A DNA stretch of 64,000 nucleotides from an uncultured Gemmatimonadota bacterium (lineage in GTDB: Bacteria; Gemmatimonadota; Gemmatimonadetes; Palauibacterales; Palauibacteraceae): positions 4,207-68,206 of the forward strand of contig CAZDZJ010000118.1 of NCBI GenBank assembly GCA_964509895.1, given 5' to 3'. Shown here piece after piece: positions 44,683 to 54,698 of the stretch. The position numbers and the translations under genes are program-made. Positions within the stretch are counted from its first letter, which is position 1. Each line of letters starts with the position of its first letter. Under the pieces are notes generated by a model. The model saw only the letters and a list, made by a program, of their open reading frames with translations. It did not search any database and was not told the DNA's origin.

Positions 44683-46209
44683 ATGACGGATCCGAGCCCG
44701 ATGCGCCGGACTTTGCTGCAGCAGAAGACAACCAGCCGACAGGTTGAGAGCAGGCTTGCGGACGCAGGCCTCGAACCGCGGTGGAAGGGGATTCCGCCTG
44801 CGCTGTTTCCGGCGTTGCGCTCGGATTCCCGCCTGGTGGGCGCCGGCGACCTCTTCTGCGCGATCCCCGGGACGCGCGTCGATGGCCACGCTTTCGTGGA
44901 GGCCGCGAAGGGTGCCGGCGCCGGTGCCGCCGTGGTCGAGCGCGTGGCCGATGTCGACCTCCCCCAGTTGATGGTCCGCGACGGACGCGTGGCCGTATCC
45001 CATCTGGCCGCCCTCTTCGCCGGCGATCCCGGCAGGGCCCTTCGCCTCGTCGGCATCACGGGAACCAACGGGAAGTCGACGACCGCGTGGCTCACGCGGT
45101 GGATACTGCACGATGCAGGGCCCGCCGCGGCCCTTGGAACGCTTGGCACCGTTTTCGTCGATGGAGAAGTCGGCCCGCCGGGGCTGACGACGCCCGATCC
45201 GATCGATCTGGCGCTCGAACTCGCCGCCTTGCAGGCCGGCGGCGCCGAGGCGGCGGTACTCGAGGTCTCCTCGCATGCCCTCGACCAGCGCCGCGCCGAT
45301 GGTCTCTCATTCGATGCCGTGGCCTTCACGAGCTTCAGTCGCGAACACCTGGAGTATCATCCGGATCTCGAGGCGTACCGCGAAGCGAAGCTGCGCCTGC
45401 TCGAACTGCTTGCCCCGGGCGGCGTCTGCGCGGTGAACGACGATGAGCCGGCGTGGAGGGAGATCGCGCCGGCCAACGCGACCACGCTCCGCTACGGCTT
45501 CGAGCCGACGGCCGACCTCTGGCCCGACCGGCTCGCCCTCGCGGCGGGCGGGTCGCGTTTCACCCTGCGCGCGCCGGGGGAAGCGGCCACGGTCTCGCTG
45601 CCGCTCCCCGCCGACTTCAACGTGCGGAACGCCCTGGCGGCCGCGGCCATCGCCCGTGGTCTCGGCATGTCGCTTGAACGGATCGCGGCACGACTCTCCG
45701 CAGCGCCTCCCGTCCCCGGCCGCATGGAGGTGATCTCGCGCGAGCCGGTCCTCGTGATCCGCGACTTTGCGCACAACCCCGATTCGTGCGAGCGGGCGCT
45801 GTCCGCGTTGCGGGAGATCGTTCCCGGTCGGGTCATCGCGCTCCTTGGCTGCGGCGGCGACCGGGATCCCGGCAAGCGCCCGCAGATGGGGAACATCCTT
45901 TCCCGATTGGCGGACATCGCGATCGTCACCAGCGACAATCCCCGCTCGGAAGATCCATCGGAGATCTGCCATCAGATGGTCGCGGGGCTCCCGCCCGACA
46001 GCTACCAGATCGTCGTGGACCGTCGGGAAGCGATTGCGCGCGGGCTCGCCGAAGCCGGCCCGTCGGACGCGGTCGCGCTCCTCGGAAAGGGGCACGAGAC
46101 GTACCAGATCATCGGTGAGGAGCGGCTGCCTTTCGACGAGCGTCGGATCGTCGCGGAGCTGCTCCCGGCCCCTCCCGGCACGGCCGAACTCACGGGAGAG
46201 CCCCGGTGA
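44683..46209 (+). CDS. murE: UDP-N-acetylmuramoyl-L-alanyl-D-glutamate--2,6-diaminopimelate ligase
   Basis: DSR.V..GDLFCAIPG...DGH, GITGTNGKST, TTPDP, EVSSHALDQ.R, VPGRME, GCGGDRD.GKR..MG, TSDNPRSEDP (DNPR, DAP-type), GKGHE.YQ. Start uncertain (44683 or 44701; the frame is open from 44530). Confidence 0.94.
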   Translation: MTDPSPMRRTLLQQKTTSRQVESRLADAGLEPRWKGIPPALFPALRSDSRLVGAGDLFCAIPGTRVDGHAFVEAAKGAGAGAAVVERVADVDLPQLMVRDGRVAVSHLAALFAGDPGRALRLVGITGTNGKSTTAWLTRWILHDAGPAAALGTLGTVFVDGEVGPPGLTTPDPIDLALELAALQAGGAEAAVLEVSSHALDQRRADGLSFDAVAFTSFSREHLEYHPDLEAYREAKLRLLELLAPGGVCAVNDDEPAWREIAPANATTLRYGFEPTADLWPDRLALAAGGSRFTLRAPGEAATVSLPLPADFNVRNALAAAAIARGLGMSLERIAARLSAAPPVPGRMEVISREPVLVIRDFAHNPDSCERALSALREIVPGRVIALLGCGGDRDPGKRPQMGNILSRLADIAIVTSDNPRSEDPSEICHQMVAGLPPDSYQIVVDRREAIARGLAEAGPSDAVALLGKGHETYQIIGEERLPFDERRIVAELLPAPPGTAELTGEPR

Positions 46210-47603
46210 CCGCGGCCACGCAGGCTCCGGTCCTGCGCTCGGGCTGGATTCGGGCCGCCCTGCACCCGAATGCGAGCGACGCGGGGGGCACGGGCGATTT
46301 CGGAGAACTGGCGTACAGCGGGGTTTCGTGCGACTCGAGGACGCTGGCGCCCGGCGAACTGTTCGTCGCCCTCGCCGGCGAGCGGCACGATGCCGCCGAC
46401 TACCTGCCGCAGGCGGCGGCCCGGGGCGCGCCGGGCGCGATCGTGCGCGCCGGACGGGAAGACCCCGCGCTGCACCTGGAGTACTTTGCCGTCGCGGATC
46501 CCCTGCGAGCCCTCGGCGATCTGGCCGCCCGGGTACGTCTGGAGTCCGACGCCGAAGTCGTGGCCATCACGGGGAGTTCCGGGAAGACGACCGTGAAGGA
46601 GATGATCGCCTGCGCTCTCTCGGAGTCGCGCCGCGTCCACCGCACGGAGGGGAACTACAACAGCCAGGTGGGTCTTCCCCTCACGATCCTGCGTGCCGCT
46701 CCCGACGCGGATGCATGGGTGCTCGAGGCAGGGGCGAGCGAGCCGGGCGAGATTGCGCGCCTTGCGGAGATCGCACGGCCCGACCACGTCGTCATCACGA
46801 CGGTCGGCGCCGCGCACCTCGAGTGCTTCGGCGATGTGGACGGGGTGCTGCGGGAAAAGATGGCGCTGGCGCACGGAGCCTCCGGCGCCGGTGTGCTCAT
46901 CGTGGGCGAGGAACCCGCGATGCTCGCCGAGGCAGCCCTGGCCCACCGGGCGGACGCGATCGTGGCAGGATTCGGACCGCGGGCCGGCTTCGCACCCGAA
47001 GCGTACGCCGTCAAAGCGGACCGGATCGAATTCCGACGCAGCGGGACGCGCGTGGCGCTGCCGGTCGGGGGGGAACACCACTTGCGCGACGCGCTGATCG
47101 CAGCGGCGCTGGCGGAGTCGCTGGACGTACCCGCGAGCGCGGTCGCGCGGGGACTGTCGCGCTACGAGCCGCTCGGCCTGCGGGGCGCGCTCCGCCGCAT
47201 CGGGCGTCTCACGGTGCTGGCCGACTGCTACAATGCCAACCCGGACTCGTTTCGGGCCGCGATCGCCCAGGCGCGCGAATTGCTGCCGGGACGCCGCCGC
47301 GCGGTGTTCGCCGGATCGATGCTCGAACTCGGATCCCAGGAGGCACGGGCACACCGCGAGATCGGCGACGAGATGCGGGCGGCGGGGTTTGATGTCATCG
47401 CCGCGACGGGCCTCTTCTGCGACGCGCCGTTCGAGGGCGTCCGCACCCGGGCACTGATCCGCGCGGAGGATCCCCAGGCGGCCATGGAACCGTTCGCGGA
47501 TGCCCTGAGGGGCGACGAGGTCGTGCTCGTGAAGGGTTCGCGGGGCGCCCGGCTCGAGCGGGTCATCGACGCACTTGAAGCCCGGTTCGGGGGGGACGCC
47601 TGA
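46206..47603 (+). CDS. murF: UDP-N-acetylmuramoyl-tripeptide--D-Ala-D-Ala ligase
   Basis: DSR...PGELFVAL.GE..D, AITGSSGKTT.KEM, GNYNSQVGLPLT, LADCYNANPDS, GSMLELG, VLVKGSRG.RLE. Confidence 0.94.
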   Translation: MTAATQAPVLRSGWIRAALHPNASDAGGTGDFGELAYSGVSCDSRTLAPGELFVALAGERHDAADYLPQAAARGAPGAIVRAGREDPALHLEYFAVADPLRALGDLAARVRLESDAEVVAITGSSGKTTVKEMIACALSESRRVHRTEGNYNSQVGLPLTILRAAPDADAWVLEAGASEPGEIARLAEIARPDHVVITTVGAAHLECFGDVDGVLREKMALAHGASGAGVLIVGEEPAMLAEAALAHRADAIVAGFGPRAGFAPEAYAVKADRIEFRRSGTRVALPVGGEHHLRDALIAAALAESLDVPASAVARGLSRYEPLGLRGALRRIGRLTVLADCYNANPDSFRAAIAQARELLPGRRRAVFAGSMLELGSQEARAHREIGDEMRAAGFDVIAATGLFCDAPFEGVRTRALIRAEDPQAAMEPFADALRGDEVVLVKGSRGARLERVIDALEARFGGDA

Positions 47604-48709
47604 TGCTCCACCACTTCCTCTTCCCGCTCGCGGACGAGCACATCCTGTTCAACGTCTTCCAGTACATCTCGTTCCGGGCCGCCGGGGCGATGGTCACCGC
47701 GCTGCTGACAGCATTCGTCATCGGACCGGGCGTGATTCGCGGGCTCCGGAAGCACGGCATCGGTCAGGTCGTTCGCGCCGACGGGCCGGCAACACACCTC
47801 GCGAAGGCCGGCACGCCGACCATGGGCGGGATCATCATCCTCGCCGCGTGCCTGCTACCCACCCTTCTCTGGGCGCGCCTGGACAATGCCTATGTGTGGG
47901 TCGCGTTCGTCGTCACGGCCTGGATGGGCGCGATCGGATTCATGGACGACTATCTGAAAGTCGTACGCCGACATTCGCGCGGTCTCATCGCGCGCTACAA
48001 GCTCATCTGGCAGTTCATCCTGGGGCTGGCGCTGGGCGGGTTCCTCCTCTGGCAGCCCCTGTCCGCCTATGGGTCGACGCAGACGATGCTACCGTTCTTC
48101 AAGGATCTGACCATCGTCCTCACCCCCGCGATCTTCCCTCTCTTCGTGGCCTTTGTGGTCGCCGGAACCGCAAACACGGTGAACCTGACCGACGGGCTCG
48201 ACGGGCTCGCCACGGGTCTCGCCGCGATCGCCGCGTTGACGTTCGGCGCCTTTGCCTACGCGATCGGTCGGGTGGACATGTCGGAGTACCTCGGCGTCCT
48301 GTACCTGAACGGCGCCGGGGAACTGTCCGTTTTCTGCGCCGCGCTCGCGGGGGCGGCCATCGGCTTCCTCTGGTTCAACGCACACCCGGCGCAGGTGATC
48401 ATGGGGGACACCGGCGCCCTCGCGCTCGGCGGCGCCATCGGCGCGGTGGCGGTGCTCCTGAAGTCGGAGTTCCTCCTCCTCATCGTCGGAGGCGTGTTCG
48501 TCCTGGAAGGACTGTCCGTCATGCTCCAGATCGGCTGGTTCAAGTTCAGCCGCTGGCGCTGGGGCGAGGGCCGGCGACTCCTTCGCATGGCGCCCCTCCA
48601 CCACCACTTCGAAAAGAGCGGCTGGCCGGAGACGCGCGTCGTGGCGCGTTTCTACATCGTGGGCATCATCTTCGCCCTCGTCGGCCTTGCAACGCTCAAG
48701 ATCCGCTGA
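47603..48709 (+). CDS. mraY: Phospho-N-acetylmuramoyl-pentapeptide transferase
   Basis: K.GTPTMGG, IGFMDDYLK, NTVNLTDGLDGL, FLWFNAHPAQV.MGDTG, RMAPLHHHFE. Confidence 0.97.
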   Translation: MLHHFLFPLADEHILFNVFQYISFRAAGAMVTALLTAFVIGPGVIRGLRKHGIGQVVRADGPATHLAKAGTPTMGGIIILAACLLPTLLWARLDNAYVWVAFVVTAWMGAIGFMDDYLKVVRRHSRGLIARYKLIWQFILGLALGGFLLWQPLSAYGSTQTMLPFFKDLTIVLTPAIFPLFVAFVVAGTANTVNLTDGLDGLATGLAAIAALTFGAFAYAIGRVDMSEYLGVLYLNGAGELSVFCAALAGAAIGFLWFNAHPAQVIMGDTGALALGGAIGAVAVLLKSEFLLLIVGGVFVLEGLSVMLQIGWFKFSRWRWGEGRRLLRMAPLHHHFEKSGWPETRVVARFYIVGIIFALVGLATLKIR

Positions 48710-50118
48710 TGGCCGGCGAACGTCGTCCTCCGCTCTTCGCAGCCGGCGATCCCGTGGCCGTCCTCGGACTCGGGGTGTCGGGGACTGCTGCGGCAAGGCT
48801 GGTACATTCGCTCGGCGCGGATGTGTACGCGAGCGACGCGTTCGAAGGGCCCCGGCAGCGCGACGCCGTGGAAGCACTGACGGCGGAGGGCATCGCCGCG
48901 GAGGTGGGACGGCACGACGTCGAGCGCATACTGAACGCGGACCTCGTCGTGACCAGCCCCGGAATCTCGCCGACGGCGGAGATCCGGCGGACGGTGGCGG
49001 ACGCGGGCGTGCCCACCGTGGCGGAAATCGAGGTCGCCTACCGTCACCTCCGCTCGCGGGTCATCGGCATCACCGGCACGAACGGGAAGACGACGACGAC
49101 CGCGCTCTGCGGGCACCTGCTGCAGCAGGCCGGTGTGGACGCGCTCACCGCGGGGAACATCGGCCGCCCGCTCTCCGGGATTCCACTCATGAAGCGGCAG
49201 CCGGACTGGCTCGTGGTGGAGTTGAGTTCCTTCCAACTCGCCGACCTCAGGGCTTTCCGCCCGGAGATCGGCGTGCTCGTGAACCTCGCGGCCGACCACC
49301 TCGACTGGTATCCGAGCCTGGACCGCTACTACGAGGACAAGGCTCGCCTGTTCGCGAACGCGGATGCGGAGAGTCGCTGGGTCCTCAACGGGGATGACGA
49401 TGACGTGCTCGCGATGGCCGAGCCGGCCGCCGGGGAGCGCTACGTCGCTTCCATCGACCCGCACGAGGAGCCCGGCGCGTGGCTGGACGGGACCGGGACG
49501 CTGGTCCAGCGCCTCGAGACGAGACGGGCGCCGCAGTCGTGGATAGCGGCCGACGAACTGCGACTGCTCGGCGTCCACAACGTCATGAACGCGCTCCTCG
49601 CGGGACTCGGTGCGGCGCTCGCCGGCTGCGAGCCCGCCGCGATCGGAAGCGGTCTCGCCTCATTCCGGGGACTGCCCCATCGCCTCCAGAGGGTGGACGA
49701 GTTCGAAGGCGTCCTGTGGATCAACGATTCCAAGGGAACCAACGTCTCGGCGACGCGGGTCGCTCTCAACGCGTTCGACCGGCCGCTCGTGGCGCTCCTC
49801 GGGGGTCGGCACAAGGGCGAGTCCTACCGGGCGCTCGCGACCGCGCTGCGCGCCAACGCGCGGGCGCTGATCGCGTTTGGAGAAGCCGCTCCGCAGATCG
49901 TGCGGGAACTGGGTGACGCCGCGCCGGTCGAGGTCGCACGCGGAATGCCGCAGCTGGTGCAGCTCGCCCGCAGCGCCGCCAAGCCCGGGGACGTCGTCCT
50001 CTTCTCTCCGGCCTGTTCGAGTTACGACATGTTCCCGGACTATGAGACGCGGGGCCGGATCTTCGAGGAGTGTGTGCGGGCCTCATACGGAGGTGCGGCA
50101 CCGGAGGGGGCATCGTGA
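48709..50118 (+). CDS. murD: UDP-N-acetylmuramoyl-L-alanine--D-glutamate ligase
   Basis: VLGLGVSG, VTSPGI, GITGTNGKTTT, GNIG, ELSSFQL, HRLQ, NDSKGTNV, LFSPACSSYDMF..YE.RG..F. Confidence 0.96.
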   Translation: MAGERRPPLFAAGDPVAVLGLGVSGTAAARLVHSLGADVYASDAFEGPRQRDAVEALTAEGIAAEVGRHDVERILNADLVVTSPGISPTAEIRRTVADAGVPTVAEIEVAYRHLRSRVIGITGTNGKTTTTALCGHLLQQAGVDALTAGNIGRPLSGIPLMKRQPDWLVVELSSFQLADLRAFRPEIGVLVNLAADHLDWYPSLDRYYEDKARLFANADAESRWVLNGDDDDVLAMAEPAAGERYVASIDPHEEPGAWLDGTGTLVQRLETRRAPQSWIAADELRLLGVHNVMNALLAGLGAALAGCEPAAIGSGLASFRGLPHRLQRVDEFEGVLWINDSKGTNVSATRVALNAFDRPLVALLGGRHKGESYRALATALRANARALIAFGEAAPQIVRELGDAAPVEVARGMPQLVQLARSAAKPGDVVLFSPACSSYDMFPDYETRGRIFEECVRASYGGAAPEGAS

Positions 50119-51269
50119 CGGACCACGCGCTCGCCCGGGAACTGCCGCGCGTTCAGGAATTTGCCGGCTCGCCGGCGTGGGCGCGGAATACGCTCATCGG
50201 GGTTACGCTCGCCCTCGTAGTGTTCGGGCTTCTCTCCGTCTACTCCGCGAGTTCGTTCGCGGCCCAGCAGAGCGGGCTCCCGGGCACGCATGTGCTCATG
50301 AGTCAGCTGGCGCGTGCCGCCGTAGGACTTGTGGCGCTGATCGTGGCCGCCTTCATCGACTATCGCGCGTACCGGCGGCTCGCGTGGCCGATCCTCGGTG
50401 CGGTGACGGTCCTCCTCGTCCTCATGATCCTTCCGACCACGACGGACATCGCACCCGCCCGGAACGGCTCTCGCCGCTGGCTGATGCTCGGGCCGGCCGC
50501 CTTCCAGCCCTCCGAGCTGGCCAAGGTGGCGGTCGTCTTCTGGACCGCCGCGCTCGCCGAGCGCAAACAGCGGGCCTTCACCAGCTTCTTCAGGGGAGTG
50601 GTTCCGTTTCTCCTGGTCCTCGGGCCCGTCCTCGTTCTGATCGCCGCCGAGCCACACCTCTCGGCGACGCTGATCACGGCCGCGCTGGCCGCGATCGTGC
50701 TCTTCGCCGCGGGGATGCGCATCCGGCATTTCCTCGTTCTGGCGTTGCCCATCGGTCCGGCGCTGTGGTGGCTCATCCACTCCAACAGCTACCAGCTTGC
50801 GCGGATTCTGGCGTTCCTGAACCCGGAGGCCGACACCTCCGGAGCCGGCTACCAGTTGCAGCAGGCGCAGATCGCCATCGGGTCGGGCGGGCTCCTGGGC
50901 GCGGGCTACGGCGCGAGTACGCAGAAGCTCCACTACCTGCCGGAGGCGCAGAACGACTTCATCTATCCGATCATTGCGGAAGAATGGGGGTTCGTGGGCG
51001 CGACTACGATTCTGCTCCTCTTTCTCCTCTGGACGCACCTCGGATTCCGCATCGCGAGGACCGCCCCCGACCTGTTCGGGCGCCTGATCGCGATCGGACT
51101 CACGGCGATCGTGGCCATCGGTGCGTTCGGACACATCGGGATCACGATAGGACTGCTGCCCACGACCGGCGTGAGCCTGCCGTTCATCAGTTCAGGTGGC
51201 ACCGGGCTCGTCATCGCGCTCGGGGTCACGGGCATCCTGGTGAACGTGGCATCTCGGCGGAGACGCTGA
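50115..51269 (+). CDS. ftsW: Septal peptidoglycan polymerase FtsW (SEDS)
   Basis: VYSAS, NGSRRW, FQPSELAK, GYQL.QA.IAIGSGG..G.GYG.S.QK..YLPEAQNDFI..II.EEWG, P.TGV.LPFISSGG. Confidence 0.95.
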   Translation: MTDHALARELPRVQEFAGSPAWARNTLIGVTLALVVFGLLSVYSASSFAAQQSGLPGTHVLMSQLARAAVGLVALIVAAFIDYRAYRRLAWPILGAVTVLLVLMILPTTTDIAPARNGSRRWLMLGPAAFQPSELAKVAVVFWTAALAERKQRAFTSFFRGVVPFLLVLGPVLVLIAAEPHLSATLITAALAAIVLFAAGMRIRHFLVLALPIGPALWWLIHSNSYQLARILAFLNPEADTSGAGYQLQQAQIAIGSGGLLGAGYGASTQKLHYLPEAQNDFIYPIIAEEWGFVGATTILLLFLLWTHLGFRIARTAPDLFGRLIAIGLTAIVAIGAFGHIGITIGLLPTTGVSLPFISSGGTGLVIALGVTGILVNVASRRRR

Positions 51270-51272
51270 CGC

Positions 51273-52406
51273 ATGGGGTCGCCTCGAATTCTGCTCGCGG
51301 GGGGCGGCACCGGCGGCCACCTCTACCCGGCCCTCAACCTGGCCGCGGCGTTCGGCCGGCTGGCGCCCGAAGTCGAGTGCGTATTCCTCGGCGGCCGGCG
51401 GGGCCTGGAGGCGCGCGTGCTGCCCGAAGCGGGGTACGAGTTCCGGCTACTGCCGCTGCAGCCGCTGTACCGACAGCGGCCGTGGCGCAACTGGCGTCTG
51501 TTCGCGTCGGCTCCGGCCGTCCTCGCCGGCGTGCGAAGGGCATTTTCCGACTACGATCCGCGGCTCGTCGTCGGGACGGGAGGCTATGTGGCGGGGCCCG
51601 CGCTCGCCGGAGCACGCCTGCGCCGGGTCCCGGCGGCGATTCAGGAACAGAACGCGGCTCCGGGGCTCGTGACGCGCCTGTTCGCTCCGGGCGTCGATCA
51701 GATCCACCTCGGGTATCCGGAGGCCGAGGCGCGGCTCCGGGTGGGGAACCGGACGCGCCTCAGCGCGCTGGGGAACCCGGTTGCGCCCGGTGGCGGCGCT
51801 TCGGCCGGGTCGCGCCCGGCCCGCTTCGAGTGGCCCCGCACCCGAAACCTCCTTGTCTTCGGTGGCAGCCAGGGTGCGCTCGGCCTCAATCGGGCTTTCC
51901 TGCAGGACCTGGAGTGGGCGGCGCGGGAGTCCTTGGCGTGGCCGGATGGCGTCTCCGTGGTGTGGATCGCGGGGCCGGCGCACGCGGCTGAGCTCGAGAC
52001 CCGCGTGGCCGAGCTTCCCTTCGCGCGGAGCGTGCGCATCGTGCCGTACATCGACGACCTGGGCCGGCAACTGGACCGGGTGACGCTGGCGCTGTGCCGC
52101 GCCGGGGCGATGTCGCTCGCCGAGTTGTGCGCCGCCGGGCGGCCGGCGGTCCTCGTACCGCTTCCCACTTCGGCGGGAGACCACCAGCGGACAAATGCCC
52201 GGGCGCTGGCGGCGGCCGGAGCGGCGGAAGTCCGCGAGCAGGGGGGACTCGAGCCCGGCGCGCTGTGGTCGCTCTGCCGCGATATTCTCACGGACGACGG
52301 ACGTCTCGCCCGGATGTCGGCGGCCGCCGCGGGTCGTGGCCGGCCAAACGCCGCGCTCGAGATCGCGCGGGAGATGCTCACCCTGCTCGACCGGCGGGCC
52401 GCGTGA
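51273..52406 (+). CDS. murG: Undecaprenyl-PP-MurNAc-pentapeptide GlcNAc transferase
   Basis: AGGGTGGHLYPAL, GTGGYVAGP, IQEQNA.PG..TR, GNPV, VFGGSQGA..LN, CRAGA.S.AEL...G.P.VLVP, HQ..NA. Confidence 0.96.
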   Translation: MGSPRILLAGGGTGGHLYPALNLAAAFGRLAPEVECVFLGGRRGLEARVLPEAGYEFRLLPLQPLYRQRPWRNWRLFASAPAVLAGVRRAFSDYDPRLVVGTGGYVAGPALAGARLRRVPAAIQEQNAAPGLVTRLFAPGVDQIHLGYPEAEARLRVGNRTRLSALGNPVAPGGGASAGSRPARFEWPRTRNLLVFGGSQGALGLNRAFLQDLEWAARESLAWPDGVSVVWIAGPAHAAELETRVAELPFARSVRIVPYIDDLGRQLDRVTLALCRAGAMSLAELCAAGRPAVLVPLPTSAGDHQRTNARALAAAGAAEVREQGGLEPGALWSLCRDILTDDGRLARMSAAAAGRGRPNAALEIAREMLTLLDRRAA

Positions 52407-53821
52407 CCGGGGCCGTGGCGGGGCCGCCCCGCCCGGCGGGTAGCGCGGATCTGCCGGCCCCCGGGGCGCACGTGCATCTCATGGGGATCGGCGGTGCAGG
52501 CATGCGGGGACTCGCCCTGCTCCTCGACCGCGCGGGCTACCTCGTGAGCGGATGCGATCGGGCCCCCGGAGACGCCCTCGGAGATCTCGCGGACAGGGGG
52601 ATCCAGGTCGACCGGGAGCATGCGCCCGCCCATGTGCCCGGGACCGGTCTGCTGGTGCGCAGCTCGGCGGTGCCCGAGGATCAGGCGGAGGTGGCCGCAG
52701 CGGACGCCGCAGACATTCCGGTGATGCGGAGGGCACGCGCGCTCGGGGCGCTCCTGAACGGAGAGACGCTGGTTGGCGTCGCCGGGACGCACGGGAAGAC
52801 GACGATCACAGCGATGGCCGGGCACGCGGCCGTGGCGGCCGGGCTCGACCCCCTTGTCCTGGTCGGAGGCCGGGTCGACGCGTGGAACGGCTTCACGCGC
52901 CTGGGCGATGGCCCCGCGATCGTGGAAGCCGATGAGTTCGACCGCTCGTTTCTCGAGCTTCAGCCGACGCTCGCCGTGGTCAGCTCGCTCGAGCCGGAAC
53001 ATTTCGACACGTATGGCGACTGGGCGACCCTCCACTCCGCGTTCGAGGAATTCGCCGGACGGGCGCGGCAGGGCGGAGGTCTCATCTACTGCCACGATGA
53101 CGAAGGCGCCCGCGGGCTCGCCGAGGCGTCGGGGTTCGTCGGCACCGGATACGGGTTCGGGTACGGGTTCGGCGACGGCGCCTGGTGCAGGCTCGACGGG
53201 AGGGGGCCGCGCGCGTTGCGTCTCTCCTGGCCGGAGGGGGACATCGATCTCACGCTTCGCGTACCGGGGCGGCACAACCAGCTGAATGCCGCGGCGGCGT
53301 TCATCACGGCGCTGCGGCTCGGCGGCGATCCGCAGGCGGCGGCCCGCGGCCTCGCGGAGTTCCGCGGCGTGGCCCGCCGGCTCGAGTTGATCGCGGCGTG
53401 GCCCGACCTCACGGTCTTCGATGACTACGCGCACCATCCGACCGAGGTCGAGGCGTCACTGGCCGCGTTGAGGGACGCGTACCCCGAGGCGCGGCTGAAG
53501 GTTGCGTTCCAGCCGCACCTGTTCACCCGAACGCGCGACTTCGCCGACGCGTTCGCCCGCGCCCTCGCGACCGCCGATGAAGCGCGCGTCCTTCCGATCT
53601 ATCCCGCGCGGGAAGCGCCCCTCCCAGGTGTCACCTCGGAACTGATCACCGGCGCCCGGGGCGCGTTCGCCACACCCATCGAACCGGACGCCGCGATGGG
53701 TCTGGTGCCCCCGGAGGCCGGCAACGGAGAGACGGTGCTCGTCTTCATGGGTGCCGGCGACGTCACCGACCTCGCACACGCGGCGGTCCAGCGGCGGGTG
53801 GACGATGCGGTGGGAACGTGA
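52403..53821 (+). CDS. murC: UDP-N-acetylmuramate--L-alanine ligase
   Basis: HLMGIGGAGM.GLA, VAGTHGKTT, VEADEFDRSFL, DDYAHHPTEV.A.L, FQPHLFTRT, FMGAGDV. Confidence 0.96.
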   Translation: MTGAVAGPPRPAGSADLPAPGAHVHLMGIGGAGMRGLALLLDRAGYLVSGCDRAPGDALGDLADRGIQVDREHAPAHVPGTGLLVRSSAVPEDQAEVAAADAADIPVMRRARALGALLNGETLVGVAGTHGKTTITAMAGHAAVAAGLDPLVLVGGRVDAWNGFTRLGDGPAIVEADEFDRSFLELQPTLAVVSSLEPEHFDTYGDWATLHSAFEEFAGRARQGGGLIYCHDDEGARGLAEASGFVGTGYGFGYGFGDGAWCRLDGRGPRALRLSWPEGDIDLTLRVPGRHNQLNAAAAFITALRLGGDPQAAARGLAEFRGVARRLELIAAWPDLTVFDDYAHHPTEVEASLAALRDAYPEARLKVAFQPHLFTRTRDFADAFARALATADEARVLPIYPAREAPLPGVTSELITGARGAFATPIEPDAAMGLVPPEAGNGETVLVFMGAGDVTDLAHAAVQRRVDDAVGT

Positions 53822-54698
53822 TGTCCCGCTCGCGCCCCTGGTCCGGTACCGCATCGGCGGCCCGGCCGCGCGTCTCGCCCGCCCGCGAACGATCACGGAA
53901 CTGGACGTTGCGCTGCGCGATACGCGTGGACGCGGCTGCCGCGTGCTCGGGACCGGCGCGAACCTCCTCATCGGAGACGACGGCGTGGCGCAGCCCGTCC
54001 TCATTCTCGAGGGCGACTTCGCGACTGTCCGGGTCGGGACGACGACGATCGAAGCCGGGGCCGCCGCACGCCTGCCCGCCCTCGCTCAGGCCGCCCGCCG
54101 CAACGGACGGTCCGGCTTCCATTTTCTGGAGGCCGTTCCCGGCACCCTCGGCGGAGGCCTGCGCATGAACGCCGGGTCGAGGGATGAGGGGCTGTGGGAC
54201 CGGGTCGAATGGGCCGATGCCGTGACGCCCGAAGGCGAACGCGTTCGGATCCATCCGGAGGAGGCACGGCCCGCCTATCGTGAGGTGGGCGTGCCGGCCG
54301 ACTGGGTGTTCGTGCGCGCGCGCCTCGACGCGACGCCGGGCGACCCCGGTGCCGTTCGCGAAGCACACCTTACGTTCCGCGAACACAAGGTCCGGAAGCA
54401 GGTGTATGAGCTGCCTTCGGTCGGGTCGACCTGGAAGAACCCGGGTGCACCGCATCCGCCGGCGTGGCGGATCGTGGAGGACGCGGGAATGAGGGGAGCA
54501 CGGGTCGGAGACGCCCGGATCCACGAGCGGCACGCGAATTTCATCGTCAATCTGGGTCGTGCGCGCGCCGCCGACGTGCTGGAACTCATGGCGGAGACCC
54601 GCCGCCGCGCCCTGGAGCGGCTGGGCGTGGCCCTGGAGCCGGAGATCTGCCTGTGGGGGTTCGAGCCGTCCGAACTCGCGCGCGTGGGGGCCGCATGA
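53805..54698 (+). CDS. murB: UDP-N-acetylenolpyruvoylglucosamine reductase
   Basis: YRIGGPA, LGTGANLLI.D.G, VPGTLGG.LRMNAG, PSVGSTWKNP, HANFIVNLG.A.AADV..L, LEPEI. Confidence 0.94.
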   Translation: MRWERDVPLAPLVRYRIGGPAARLARPRTITELDVALRDTRGRGCRVLGTGANLLIGDDGVAQPVLILEGDFATVRVGTTTIEAGAAARLPALAQAARRNGRSGFHFLEAVPGTLGGGLRMNAGSRDEGLWDRVEWADAVTPEGERVRIHPEEARPAYREVGVPADWVFVRARLDATPGDPGAVREAHLTFREHKVRKQVYELPSVGSTWKNPGAPHPPAWRIVEDAGMRGARVGDARIHERHANFIVNLGRARAADVLELMAETRRRALERLGVALEPEICLWGFEPSELARVGAA

